A DNA stretch of 64,000 nt from Octopus vulgaris (GCA_951406725.2 OX597814.1:219294001-219358000); one strand, 5' to 3'. Counted from the stretch's first letter, positions 12,875 through 26,097 are shown. Program-made: numbers and translations. The notes: generated by a model from the letters alone, not told the origin.

Positions 12875-13246
12875 TGGAAGCACTCCATCGGTTACGACGA
12901 CGAGGGTTCCAGTTGATCCGAATCAACGGAACAGCCTGCTCGTGAAATTAACGTGTAAGTGGCTGAGCACTCCACAGACACGTGTACCCTTAACGTAGTT
13001 CTCGGGGATATTCAGCGTGACACAGAGAGTGACAAGGCCGGCCCCTTGAAATACAGGTACAACAGAAACAGGAAGTAAGAGTGAGAGAAAGTTGTGGTGA
13101 AAGAGTACAGCAGGGATCACCACCATCCCCTGCCGGAGCCTCGTGGAGCTTTAGGTGTTTTCGCTCAATAAACACTCTGGGAATCGAAACCGCGATCCTA
13201 TGACCGCGAGTCCGCTGCCCTAACCACTGGGCCATTGCGCCTCCAC
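12875..13246 (-). mobile_element. SINE family C (tRNA-derived), near full-length, with TSD
   Basis: A/B boxes TGGCCCAGTGG and GGTTTCGATTCC; TSD TTGTTGGTAT at 12862-12871 and 13248-13257. Confidence 0.92.
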
Positions 13247-13431
13247 CTTGTTGGTATACTCTAGAGTAGTCGACAAGTCATAAATCCGTTGGTTTATTGT
13301 AATCGAGGCCAGCTATGAATGGGAGAATGAACAACAGCTAACATAGTTGCTCATTCTCCCATTCATAGTTGGCCTTGACAGACATATCTCAGCTGTATTC
13401 CTGGATATTCTTTTGTTTTGTAAAATTACTT

Positions 13432-13525
13432 CTCATCTGATGATTACGGTCTTTTATAATGACGTAATGTTCTCACGTGGTAACGTTCTTCTATTAAAAG
13501 ATACCTGAGAAACAGCTGTAATGAG
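13432..13525 (+). ncRNA. Type I hammerhead ribozyme motif (intact core, long helix II)
   Basis: CUCAU CUGAUGA [65 nt with UUA-GGU-CUUUUA / UAAAAG-ACC-UGA pairing] GAAAC AGCU GUA AUGAG. Helix I is perfect. Confidence 0.78.
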
Positions 13526-13544
13526 CTGACAATTATCCATCGTA

Positions 13545-13968
13545 TACTCTTTTTACTCTTTTACTCTTCTACTTGTTTCCGTCATTTGACTGCGGCCATG
13601 CTGGAGCACCGCCTTTAGTCGAGCAAATCGACCCCGGGACTTATTCTTTGTAAGCCCAGTACTTATTCTATCGGTCTCTTTTGCCGAACCGCTAAGTGAC
13701 GGGGACGTAAACACACTAGCATCGGTTGTCAAGCGATGTTGGGGGGGGGGGGGCAAACACAGACACACAAACACATACACACATATATATATATATACAT
13801 ATATACGACAGGCTTCTTTCAGTTTCCGTCTACCAAATCCACTCACAAGGCATTGGTCGGCCCGGGGCTATAGTAGAAGACACTTGCCCAAGATGCCACG
13901 CAGTGGGATTGAACCCGGAACCATGTGGTTGGTTAGCAAGCTACTTACCACACAGCCACTCCTGCACC
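13545..13968 (-). mobile_element. SINE family A, full length
   Basis: Same head, body and tail as other A copies; (GTAAAAGA)n-like tail. Confidence 0.92.
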
Positions 13969-13999
13969 TATCCTAACATCGTATGTTATTATTCATTTG

Positions 14000-14041
<42 letters not shown>

Positions 14042-14114
14042 CTGTATCAACCAGCATATACCATGCTGGTCACAATGCTCTTCCTCACATTGTTATAGCT
14101 GGCTTGGTGGGAAG

Positions 14115-14355
14115 GGCCAAATTACCTATTTCTTTATTACCCACAAGGGGTTAAACACAGAGGGGACAAACAAGGACAGACATAGGTGTTAAGTCGATTA
14201 CATCGACCCCAGTGCGTAACTGGTACTTAATTTATCGACCCCGAAAGGATGAAAGGCAAAGTCGACCTCGGCGGAATTTGAACTCAGAACGTAACGCAGA
14301 CGAAATACCGCTAAGCATTTCGCCCGGCGTGCTAACGTTTCTGCCAGCTCGCCGC
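14115..14355 (-). mobile_element. SINE family B
   Basis: Reverse complement of the family B sequence. Confidence 0.9.
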
Positions 14356-14364
14356 TGTGTAATA

Positions 14365-14545
14365 CACTTGGGCCAAATTACCCCCCTGAACGGAACGCCT
14401 GTCCGTGGCACGATTGCCATTTTACCGCTGAATGGACTGGTGCGACGTGCAATGAGGGTTTGTTCAAGAACACAACGTGGCGCCGGTCTGGATATCGAAA
14501 TCACGATCTTGCGATTGTGAGTATAGCCGCCTAACCACTAGGCCA
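14365..14545 (-). mobile_element. Degenerate CORE-like SINE (family D)
   Basis: CTGAATGGACTGG...TTCAAGAACACAACG...ATCGAAATCACGATCTT...CTAACCACTAGGCC resembles 25402-25649. Confidence 0.65.
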
Positions 14546-14625
14546 AGTACCATCATACACATAGTGCATGCGTGTGTGGGTGTGTGTGTGTGTATGTGTG
14601 TGTGTGTGTTTGTGTGTATGTGTAT

Positions 14626-15009
14626 GTGGAGGCGTAATGGCCCAGTGGTTAGGGCAGCGGACTCGCGGTCATAGGATCGCGGTTTCGATTCCCAGACCGG
14701 GCGTTGTGAGTGTTTATTGAGCGAAAACACCTAAAGCTCCACAAGGCTCCGGCAGGGATGGTGGTGATCCCTGCTGTACTCTTTCACCACAACTTTCTCT
14801 CACTCTTTCTTCCTGTTTCTGTTGTACCTATATTTCAAAGGGCCGGCCTTGTCACTCTCTGTGTCACGCTGAATATCCCCGAGAACTACGTTAAGGGTAC
14901 ACGTGTCTGTGGAGTGCTCAGCCACTTACACGTTAATTTCACGAGCAGGCTGTTCCGTTGATTCGGATCAACCGGAACCCTCATCGTCGTAACCGACGGA
15001 GTGCTTCCA
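14626..15009 (+). mobile_element. SINE family C, full length
   Basis: Near-identical to the copies at 32741 and 44630. Confidence 0.92.
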
Positions 15010-15479
15010 TATGTGTGTGTGAAATCTTTTTATTTTTTCTTTAACGCCCACTCCTCCATAAATCATGAGATTTCGGCTTTTTTACCATTAAAAAATCAAA
15101 TCCTTGTTAACACTAAACGGACAGTCCGATTCTGCAATTTGTTTCTGTTTATGATTTCAAAATAATTTTCAGGCGAAAAAGTTTGTGATTTAAGGGAGAT
15201 TTAGCAGTTACTTCTAGCACATCCCACCACCACCTGCTACCTTACTCGCTTCTTTGTCACTCTGACATTATTGATGTTTTATCAATATTTTCTCCCAATA
15301 AAAGCATTTTCTGGAATGATGATGGCGTGGAATGATGATGCTGGTATGTAAGCAGCAGCAACAAAAATTATAAATTAACTTTTTAATCCCCCATCCCGCA
15401 TCAAACAAGTCCGTGTGTGTGTTTAAGAAAGAAAAAAACATATTTACTAACAGAAAATACTGGTAGAATAAATTATCAT

Positions 15480-15901
15480 TTACTCTTTTACTCTTTACTC
15501 TTTTACTTTGATTGCGGCCATGCTGGAGCACCGCCTTTAATCGAGCAACTCGACCCCGGGACTTATTCTTTTGTAAGCCTAGTACTTATTCTATCGGTCT
15601 CTTTTGCCGAACCGCTAAGTAACGGGGACATAAATACACCAGCATCGGTTGTCAAGCAATGCTAGGGGGACAAACACAGACACACAAACACACACTCACA
15701 TACACATATATATATATATATACATATATACATATATGCGACAGGCTTCTTTCAGTTTCCGTCTACAAAATCCACTCACAAGGCATTGGTCGGCCCGGGG
15801 CTATAGCAGAAGACACTTGCCCAAGATGCCACGCAGTGGGACTGAACCCGGAACCATGTGGTTGGTAGGCAAGTTACTTACCACACAGCCACTCCTGCGC
15901 C
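15480..15901 (-). mobile_element. SINE family A, full length
   Basis: Near-identical to 13545-13968. Confidence 0.92.
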
Positions 15902-16049
15902 ATTTACATGCCTTTTTTATATCACTTGGTCGCCTTAACGAAGTCCCTTACACACATGCATACAAACACAGACAGACGCAAACACACACATTGCATGAGC
16001 GATATACCTTTATAGAGGGTGAGAGTGAGAGAGATAGAGAGAGAGTGAC

Positions 16050-16398
<349 letters not shown>

Positions 16399-17503
16399 TA
16401 TGTTTCTTTATTAGCTACACAGGGCTGCACACAGATAGAACAAATTACAAGGTAGAGCTTTTCTTTTGAAGGTTTAAGAAAAAAAAAAAAAAAAAAAAAG
16501 GAAGGGGGAGTTTCGATCAAAAGGGATCGTAAAAGGAGAGAAAGAGGACAAAAAAAAGGGGGTTTTAAAAAAAGGGGGGAGGAAAAAAATTGATCAATAG
16601 GGATCGTTATCACAGAAATGTCAATATGAAGTGTAAAGGGGAGGACAGGTGAGGTTTACCCGTGCAAAGAAAAGCCTACGGAAAAGACCACGGTAACCTC
16701 GGTCAATGATGTCACATTTTATATTTCTTTTTTTTTTTTTTTTTTTGCAAATAAGCAACTCTCTGTTTTCGATTTCTGGGTTCATAGGACTATGCTCAAG
16801 GTGGCTTCGTCATTCATACGTGCCATTCTTGCTACATTCACCCATCTTTTTTTAAAACATTCGCTAGACAAAACTTGCCTCTCTACTCTCACTTTCCTTT
16901 TCAAGTGGTACTTGAAGAAGTTGATGAGAGATTGACCAGAGAGGAAAGTGTTTGTCTCCAATCCTTTCAGACGCGTCCACCAGATACATTCCTTCGCCAT
17001 AGCCACAAGGATGATGAAAATAGCTCTTCCTTCCCGTTTGAAGGAAGGAGGCGTGACAATATTGACGATAGACTCAGCTGATAAACCGACTCGTCCCACA
17101 CGTGACAGCAGTTGTTCGACATAAGCCCACAGGTCGGAAATTGTTGGACACTGAACGAGTGCGTGCAGAACGGTTTCGTCGCTCTGACCGCATCTCGGGC
17201 AGGTCGGCCCCGTGTTTCTCGAGCCGTGTCTGTAGAGCTTATCCCGAACGGGTAGCGCTTCTCGGTAGCACTGCCAGGCCAGGGATCTCTGGAAGTTGTC
17301 CATGGGCCCTGGCCCGAAAGTCGTCCTGAACAGGCGGGTCAGGTACTCCTCGTCGACGTCCAGGTTCGCCCCGAGCTCGTCGTCGTACCTCCCCTCCACT
17401 AAACGCCTATAGAATGCTTTGGTTGTGTTGAAGTCACTTAAGGTCGACCCAGGACGGCAGAGTTGCTTGAGGGCAACGCGACACTCGCGGTGCCATTCGC
17501 CCT
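16399..17503 (-). mobile_element. 5'-truncated Tx1-like LINE (open zf-RVT region and 3' UTR) inside (GATA)n
   Basis: ORF 16782-17399: WQCYREALPVRDKL...CPRCGQSDETVLHALVQCP. AATAAA sits just before the microsatellite on the minus strand. Confidence 0.9.
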
Positions 17504-17532
17504 TAGATAGATAGATAGATAGATAGACAGAC

Positions 17533-17579
<47 letters not shown>

Positions 17580-17608
17580 CAGACAGATAGATAGATAGAT
17601 AGATAGAT

Positions 17609-17641
<33 letters not shown>

Positions 17642-17642
17642 C

Positions 17643-17725
<83 letters not shown>

Positions 17726-17741
17726 GATAGAAGATAGATAG
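17504..17741. repeat. (GATA)n microsatellite, right part
   Basis: Directly visible. Confidence 0.98.
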
Positions 17742-17917
17742 GAGAGAGAGAGAGAGGACGAGATCTTTTCTGTTGCTGTCGCAGATTTTGAAATTTTAGA
17801 ATTAAGTGAAAATTTTCAAATTTGGTATATTGATGCACTTTTTCACGCTGAATCCGAGTTTGTGATTCATTTACTCAAGAACATTTTTTAGAAAAATGTT
17901 ACAGAAGTTTAAAGTTT

Positions 17918-18319
17918 AATTTTATTCATTGTTTTATCTTCTGTGAGGATGGGTATATTTTGGATGATAATGTTGAAGGCTTCGTTGTTTCTAGGGTTAT
18001 GTGTGGATATGTATGGGAGTATTTTTAAGTCTTCTGTAGTATTTCGGTTGACTTCACTTTACTGTTCGTCACAGATTCTAAACAACACCTATTATTCAAC
18101 TCATGCCACCCCAAACACATAAAAATTAATATACCTTATAATCTAGCGAAAAGAATCTGTACCATAGTTTCGGACACCTATACTTGTGAACGAAAACTCC
18201 TTGAACTCAAATCAATACTAATCAAAAGACATTACCCAATATCATTAATAAATGATGGCATTAAACGAGCTAAGGAAATAGATATACGAACATTAAGGGA
18301 AGTCAACCGAAATACTACA
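17918..18319. mobile_element. Penelope-like element fragment (RT thumb and linker) with an internal inversion
   Basis: 18071-18319 (+) reads TDSKQHLLFNSCHPKHIKINIPYNLAKRICTIVS...KRHYPISLINDGIKRA...EVNRNTT. 17918-18055 (-) continues EVNRNTTEDLKILPYISTHNP. Confidence 0.85.
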
Positions 18320-18324
18320 CCAGT

Positions 18325-18855
18325 AGAAATAGATATTTCGTCTGCCGTTACGTTGTGAGTTCAAATTCCGCCGAGGTCGACTTTGCCTTTCATCATTTCG
18401 GGGTCGATAAATAAAGTACCAGTTGCTTACTGGGGGCGATCTAATCGACTTAATCCGTTTGTCTGCCCTTGTTTGTCTACTCTATGTTTAGCCCCTTATA
18501 GGTAGTAAAGAAATAGGTATTTCGCCTGACGCTACGTTCTGAGTTCAAATTTCGCCAAGGTCGGCTTTGCCTTTCATCCTTTTGGGGTAGGTAAAATAAA
18601 TACCAGTAAGACACTGGGGTCGATATAATCAACTTAATCCGTCTGTCTGTCCTTGTTTGTCTCCTCTGTGTTTAGCCCCTTGTGGGTAGTAAAGAAATAG
18701 GTATTTCGCCTGTCGCTACGTTCTGAGTTCAAATTTCGCCGAGGTCGGCTTTGCCTTTCATCCTTTTGAGGTTGGTAAAATAAGTACCAGTAAGACACTG
18801 GGGTCGATGTAATCGACTAGTCCTCTCCCCTAAAATTTGTGCCTATAGTTGAAAG
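18325..18855 (+). mobile_element. Head-less tandem SINE B units (~183 bp period)
   Basis: Three units joined through AAAGAAATAGGTATTTCG. Confidence 0.85.
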
Positions 18856-19081
18856 GAAAGCAACAACAAAAACACCATCACCACCAACAGCAGCAACAAT
18901 AATAACACGATGAACTTCAACAAAGTTACTTCCTTTTCTACAGCCGTTAGCAATTGAACTATTTTTTTTTTCAGTAGATGACTTTAAAAATAAGTCACTG
19001 AAATACAAAAGTGACATATTATGAAACTAGGTGCTATGTGCCTTAGTGAAAAAGAGAAAAAAAGCTCCGAAAGACGAACAA

Positions 19082-19480
19082 TCTTTATATATAAAAGTCA
19101 AGTTGTGTGTCTGTCTCCTACGATTTAGATTCCTAACTACTCCCACATTTTGCGGTGCAGTTTAACCAAAACCGGGTATCTTATAGTCGTGATTCATATC
19201 GAGCCCTTCTGGGTATTAGCGCGCGTCTACGATGAGTCTACGATTTAAAAAAAAATTACCATCATTTTTTTCCATTTTAATGCATTTTTTTCGCTATTAT
19301 ATAAGGGAAGTAACTCTCTAAAAATGTCTACGATGAGTCAACGATTTAAAAAAAAATTACCATAATTTTTTATTCCATTTTTAGTGCAATTTTTTGCTAT
19401 TTTTGGGCTATAACTCTCTAAAAAATGCTTATATAGTTATTTCCCTTACAAACCCGAGCAACGCCGGGCGATACTGCTAG
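19082..19480 (+). mobile_element. Non-autonomous Helitron
   Basis: A|TC 5' end, CTAG|T 3' end, subterminal hairpin CCCGAGCAACGCCGGG, no TSD; several related copies. Confidence 0.88.
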
Positions 19481-19489
19481 TTGTTTATA

Positions 19490-22400
19490 AACGTGTTTCT
19501 CGCAAGGAGAGGAAACTTAAATTTCCTACTCCGGCAGAGACTGATAAATATCTCGAAGATGTTTGGCCCTCGGTAGCTACACTTACAGAAAGGTAAATAA
19601 TATGGGAAGGTAGCTGCTATATGCAGCAGTGAGCAAGAGGCCAGAAGAATGGCTACTATAACCAGCACGTGCCAGGTAAAAGTTTTGGGTAAAAGTTTGG
19701 CTCGAATTCAAGTAAAGAACGTGCCGGGTCACCGTGACCCGGCGAGGGTTTTAGTCATTCTGGAGGATCATGGGGAGATTGTGGAGGTGAAGCCCACGCC
19801 AAACTCAAAAGGACTTCTTATGGAATTGCAGATACTTGTTTCTCCAGAGGAAATAAATGGCATTCCCGATTTTTTCTGTTTCGGAGAATGCGAATAGATG
19901 CCTGTTTCTATAGAAGGAAAAAAAACAGAAGTGTTTTGAGTGCTGGAATTCGAACCACCTCAAAGTCTTTTGCCCCGCGGTGGAGAAAGCACGAAGCTCT
20001 CCACTGTTACTACCATCTCCTCAAGGTGGGGACAAATCTATTACCTCGCATCTGCCTCCTTCCTCCAACTCAGGCGTCGCAAAGGCAAAGTCTTCATTGA
20101 CATCGCATCAAAAGGCCTTTGTCGGATATAAGAGAAAAACTGATAATGAAACAAACAGAAAACGGTCAAAGTTGAAGGCCCTAAGACATGAGAGTAAAAA
20201 ACAAAATCCGTCGCAACTCCAATTTAAAAGCAAATCAACACCAACATCAACATCTTCATTGCAAACACATTCACATCCAAAAGAAACATGAAAACAAAAA
20301 TAAACACCCGAGAAACAAAATGACTAACAGTCACACTCTCGGGTACGTTCTTCTTTCATCGACTTCACTGTCGTTCAGAAGAGCAACATTAACTTGATTG
20401 AGAAAGTAGTTCATAACAAAAACATTACAAGCGAAATTTTTGCGCAACTCCTCCAGAAAGCTCCACCGGACAGGATGTTAATCCAAACAAACACGGACAT
20501 GTATCTTTATTTAAAACAGAAATTCTCCCAGGATATTGGAGGGTTTAGCAAGTACCCCGCAAAAATAACTTTCTAGGAAAACCCTTCCCCACTCCCCTTC
20601 TACCAAAAAGAAGACTGTGTCAGCAGTCATCCCCGAAGACCAAGATACGTAATTCCATTTTCTTTCCTCAAAGTTACACAAAGAGTTGGCTGTGTAAGTG
20701 TTCGGGGCCTGGGTTCGACTTGGAAGCAAGGTCACCTGCTCAACAATTTCGATGTAACAGCAATTAGGGAGTCGAGAATTGCCGGGAAACATGCTCTTGC
20801 AACCATTTTTGAAGATTACAAGGTATTATCCTCTTGTGGTTTGTCGGAAGGGGCGGCGAGAATACTTGTTCAGTCAGCACGGATAAGGATAGTATAGGGT
20901 GTCCACAATTCAAATTGGTCGGCTACGAGCAACAAAATTGGAGATGCAATGAGCAACAAAACCACGATCGGTCTTTGACGGAACGGGACGGGCGCGTGCT
21001 ACATGGTTCTGAGCAGATGTGTGCGGCTTTTCAGCAGCACTTCGCGCAACTGTTTGGAGGTGGCGATAAGTCAACAACTGTAGCGGACTTTAGTTTGTAC
21101 CTAGCTGGCCTGCTGCGGCTCTCGGTAACGGACGTAAAGTTCTGCGAAAAGCCGATAACAGCCACTGAAATACGAGAGGTGATGAGCGATTGTACAAGTT
21201 CTGCCCTATGAATTCTATATATTTATGCCAGATTTGTTTGGCGATCTTTTGGCAAACGTTTACCGCAACTGACAACAGAACGGAAGAATTCCCAGTGCTG
21301 CTAGTCGGGTGTGGTGACACTGCTGAAGAAGGACGCCGATAGTGGGGACATACAAGGTCTCGACCTCCAGGTGAATAAGAACTGGGACGAGGTGACGAAC
21401 AGGGTGGCCAGTCTTATCCAGAAATGGGCTGAGAGAAAGCTGTCCTTGAAAGGTCTGGCAGAGGTAGCGAATGCCTATATCCCCTACGTTATCATTTATC
21501 CTCTGACCCCTGTGCCTTGTCCCAGTTATTGCTTGATCAGATTGGAGCGTCTCTTGTTCATGTTCTTGTGGAAGGGACGCGTTCCAATGGTCAGGTAGTC
21601 AATCTGCTGCCAGCTCCCTCTGCGTGGCGGCTTAGGCATGCCGGGGTTTTTGATGCGCCGACATGCGCTCAGGTTGCACCACCTGCAACGATTTCTAGAA
21701 GGTGAATGTGTGTGGGCTCCGTTTGTGAGGCATGTATTTCCACAACTCGTCTCTTTAACGGAGCTGCAGTCCTGGCTGAAGGATAGACCAAGACTGAGCG
21801 CCTTGCACTTAGAATGTCGGCAGGCGCTCACTGTTTTCTACCAATCGGGCTATAGGATCGGTGGATGTTCTCCTTCAGCTATTTATAGAGTATTAGTAGC
21901 GGGTAAGTGCGATGATGTCCTAGGGAAGACTCTGGGCGTTGACGAAGATGAACCGACTAGTCTGTTCCAGAGGACTTTCAGGTCGGGGACTATTATGGAT
22001 AATTTCCAGGTGTCTTCGGCTCGGCAGTGCTACCGGAAGGGTGACGCTACCGGTTCGAGATAAACTCTACAGGCACGGATGTGCCGTCAGACGGGCTTGT
22101 CCGAGGGGGGCGCAGAGTGACGAAACCGTTCTGCATGCACTCGTTCTGTGTCCGGCAATTTCTGACTTGTATAGTTACATCGAACAGCTGCTGTAGCGTG
22201 TGGAACGGATCAGTCTGTCGCCTGAGTCCATAATGATGATTGTCCAGCCGCCCTCCTTTAATCGGGCTGGCAAGACAGTTTTCCTTTGTCTGGTTGCTGT
22301 GACGAAAGAGGTTGTCTGGTAGACGAGGCTGAAAAGAATGAAGACAGAAAAATTCCTCTTCGGTAAAGCCCTCATCGACATTTTCAAGTTTCACTTGAAG

Positions 22401-22800
22401 AGGAAAGTCAGGGTGGAGAGGGAGGTGCTATCCTCGAGTGGAGTTATGAAAAGGTGGGTGAAAGTTGCGAAACTGACAAGAGTGATAGCACCGCTCTCAA
22501 TGTAGATCTGCGAGTCGAAGTAAAGGAGTTGGAAAAGGTATTTGTCCGGGGTTTTCAGGGTGGTCTTGGATGGTGGGGTTTCTCGATCACCCCTAGAAGT
22601 CCTCCTGTATCAGGAGGACCTCATCACGATTTTTTTCTGATTGTTCTATACTATGTATACATCACTCCTTTTAATGTATACTAAGTATACTTTTATTTAT
22701 TTATTTATTTATTTATATGTCATTCCCTTATATGTAGACCCCCACACTTTATGTCTTTGTATCGTCCCCTTTATCCTTCGCCCTGGTGGCAAATAAAAGA
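19490..22800 (+). mobile_element. Long degenerate Tx1-like LINE (ORF1, APE, RT and zf-RVT remnants, 3' UTR)
   Basis: WAERKLSLKGLAEVANAYI, RLLFMFLWKGRVPMVR, LPVRDKLYRHG...CPRGAQSDETVLHALVLCP; homologous to 16782-17399; ends in AATAAA plus (ATC)n. Confidence 0.85.
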
Positions 22801-22892
22801 AATCATCATCATCATCATTATTATTACTACTACTACTACTACTACTACTACTATTATTATTATTATTATTGTTCTCATCATCATCATCATCA

Positions 22893-23427
22893 TTGCCTTT
22901 GTACAGCTTCTAACGCTGGAGATGTACTACAGTGTCAGTTGTCCCCTACCAGTGAACCAAGGTAACACCCCTTATTTCCGAGCACCTTCCGGAGTATTCG
23001 AGCGGTTCCAAGCAGTGCTGTTTTCTGCAAGTGCTCCACCCTTATTGCAGCCCCTATTTGTTCCATGTACTTCTCGAAATTTTTACTCACTGTTCCCAGG
23101 GCTCCAACAATTATTAGTACTACTACCACCTTTTTCATCGACCACAACTGCTTTGCCTCCCAAGCTAACCTGTCATATCTCTCGACTTTTCTTTCTTCCT
23201 TATCGCATACCTTGTTGTCAGCTGGACATGCTATATCTATGATCCAGCATTGTTTACTTTCTTTCTCAATTAAGACTATGTCTGGCTTCCTATTTTCTAT
23301 CTCATGGTAGCACCGAATCCCACAGGGTCCCACAGAATCTTTGTATTATCATTTTCGATGATGCCTTCGGGTTTGTGGTCGTACCAATTTTTTCTCTGTC
23401 AAGACCATACTTGTAGCAAAGCGTCCA
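22893..23427 (-). mobile_element. 3' end of a Dong/R4-type non-LTR retrotransposon (restriction-like endonuclease)
   Basis: ORF 22935-23333: KPDIVLIEKESKQCWIIDIACP...KVERYDRL...IIVGALGTV...LQKTALLGTARILRKVL. Both flanks are (TAA)/(TGA)-type microsatellites. Confidence 0.85.
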
Positions 23428-23495
<68 letters not shown>

Positions 23496-23790
23496 GCGTT
23501 CCTTTTCAGTAAAACGACATCATCGGTCTTCGGTCTTTCACAAAAGGTAGAAGGAAGGAAGGAAAGAAAAATGAAAAAGAAAAAAAGAATTGGGGAAAAT
23601 CATTCAGTCAAAACGTTTAGTGTAAATATGGTGGAATTCTCCTGCCATTTTATTAATTCCTCCAGGCTGAGATGGCAACAGCTCACAAATATATCTATCC
23701 TCATGGGTTTTGGGGACTGAAAGTACAGTGGAGTGAGGGGTTTTTTCCATCAAGAATTATAACAGAAATGCTATGATTTAAACAGGGGGG

Positions 23791-24050
23791 ACCTGTAAAG
23801 ATTCCCATTTGGTGTATGCAGCAGAATGCGCCAAATACAAAATGATTTGTGCTGGTTGCACAACAGAACGATTACAAAAGAGATTTATCGGACATAGCTA
23901 CAACGTCAGGCATAATAACACTGGTTCCATGAAACTTGGGGAGCATTTCACATCAAACGGGTGTAAATTTGAGGAAAACCTGAAGGTGCACATTCTCAAA
24001 AAATACTCTCGCTCCACTGCACTTTCTGTCCTCAAAACCCATGAGGATAA
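23791..24050 (+). mobile_element. GIY-YIG endonuclease remnant of a Penelope-like element
   Basis: TCKDSHLVYAAECAKYKMICAGCTTERLQKRFIGH...LGEHF...LKVHIL matches the PLE GIY-YIG pattern C..N.VY...C..C...YVG.T...L..R...H. Confidence 0.75.
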
Positions 24051-24273
24051 ATCCTTAAAATCCTTTAAATACCGAATGGCTATGAGGGTCCACCAGAATA
24101 AAATATTAATCAAAGGGGTCCATAGGCAAAAAGTTGTTGAGAACCCTTGCTCTTCAACCCTGAAAGCTCTCAAAAGTCAAGTGAAAATTGTGACCGAAGT
24201 ACCATCGATTGTATCATGAAACAAGATGTAAAAACATGATGCGTGCGTAAAAGACTAAAAATGCTGCAAGTAG

Positions 24274-24334
<61 letters not shown>

Positions 24335-24974
24335 GGGAAGTGAGCAACTAGCAAGTAGGTAAAAAAGAATCTGTTCTGGGAAATACGAAAAAGACCTTCG
24401 ATCCTGCTCAGCTAAATATTGTCCAATAATATAATTTGACGGAAGTAAATAAGGTTTATGGGTAGTGGCTAGATCGAGCCCTGTTATTGAGGGGCGGAAC
24501 AAAAGTTTAAGATCAAGAGATCAAAAGTAAAAAAAAAAAAAGAAAACAAGGTCATGAGCTTCCGTACAAATCAGGTTTTGACATAAACTCATGTCATTAT
24601 AAAAATTAATATGAAGAAGTGGAAGTGTGACCTGTAAAACACGAATCTTCCTTCGTCACTATTCAATGAACAATTAAAATACTATATTAGCAACTTGTAA
24701 ATAATTAAACCAACAAAAAAGAAGTTGTTTGTTGGTTACGATCAAACGAAATTACTTCGACATCCTTATTTCCTTCCTCTAAAAATAGATTTTCAATATT
24801 TTCTGAAAGAGGATGTAGCCTGAAAGTTGGATATTTTAAGGAAAGAAAATAGATTAATGAACTGATTTGCATAAATACAAATATTGTCGACAAAATATTC
24901 AGAATAATTTTCTAATAATAAATAAAGGATCTGCATGACTTAATTCCATTATCCCGTTCATTAAGGGCTTATCA

Positions 24975-25015
24975 TGATGTAATAAATTTTCCACTCGCAC
25001 GAAATCCTATAAATA
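24975..25015 (+). promoter_or_regulatory. Candidate core promoter of the IL-17-like gene
   Basis: TATAAATA at 25008-25015, preceded by TGATGTAAT (C/EBP-ATF-like, 24975-24983) and AAATTTTCC (Rel/NFAT-like, 24984-24992). No ATG was seen between the TATA box and 25226. Confidence 0.55.
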
Positions 25016-25225
25016 CGGCTTGTTAGCAAATCCTTCAATAGAACTCATCCAACTTTGGTTGCGATAACTTCAAAAACCTTCTAAAGTAGATTGAGATTTC
25101 AACACTTCACTATTTTGAACGAAGAGCAGAACATTCAAACGCATTTGCCAATCCATCAACAATACAGACCATTCAAGCCTTATTCTTTCACCACAATTGA
25201 CAAGTTATACTTATTCCCTGGAAAG

Positions 25226-25255
25226 ATGCAAAAAATGATCATCGCAGCAATTCCT
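25226..25255 (+). CDS. IL-17-like cytokine, coding exon 1 (MQKMIIAAIP)
   Basis: ATG...CCT followed by the consensus donor GTAAGT in phase 0. Joining to exon 2 gives a signal-peptide-like MQKMIIAAIPLMFIILQAAVMLDA. Confidence 0.75.
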
Positions 25256-25401
25256 GTAAGTATAATTATTGAAGTTACTTTTCTTATTTTTCTTTCTTAT
25301 GTATGCGTACGTAATTTTATATTGACCAACACGGCTAGCATTAAACATGCGTAAGTGAGCATTTTTAAGTTTGTGCACTTATATATATATATAAAATATA
25401 A

Positions 25402-25649
25402 ATGCGCCCTTTTAAAGCCTAGCCAGGCTCATGGGCCCGGTTTCCCGGTTTCCGTGGCGTATGTGTTCCCCCGCTGGACGGGACGCCATTCCATCGCAGC
25501 GTTACTCATTTTTGCCAGCTGAGTGGACTGGAGCAACGTGAAATGAAGTGTTTTGCTCAAGAACACAACGCGTCACCCGGTCCAGGAATCGAAACCACAA
25601 TCTTACGATCATGATGCTGACACCCTAACCACTAAGCTACGCGCCTCCA
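25402..25649 (-). mobile_element. CORE-like tRNA-derived SINE (family D)
   Basis: Minus strand: tRNA head, then GTGTTCTTGAGCAAAACACTTCATTTCACGTTGCTCCAGTCCACTCAGCTG. Confidence 0.85.
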
Positions 25650-25670
25650 TATATATATATATATATATAA

Positions 25671-26051
<381 letters not shown>

Positions 26052-26097
26052 AAAAAAGAAAAGAAAATGGAGATAAGGAAGTTAATAATTATTTGAT

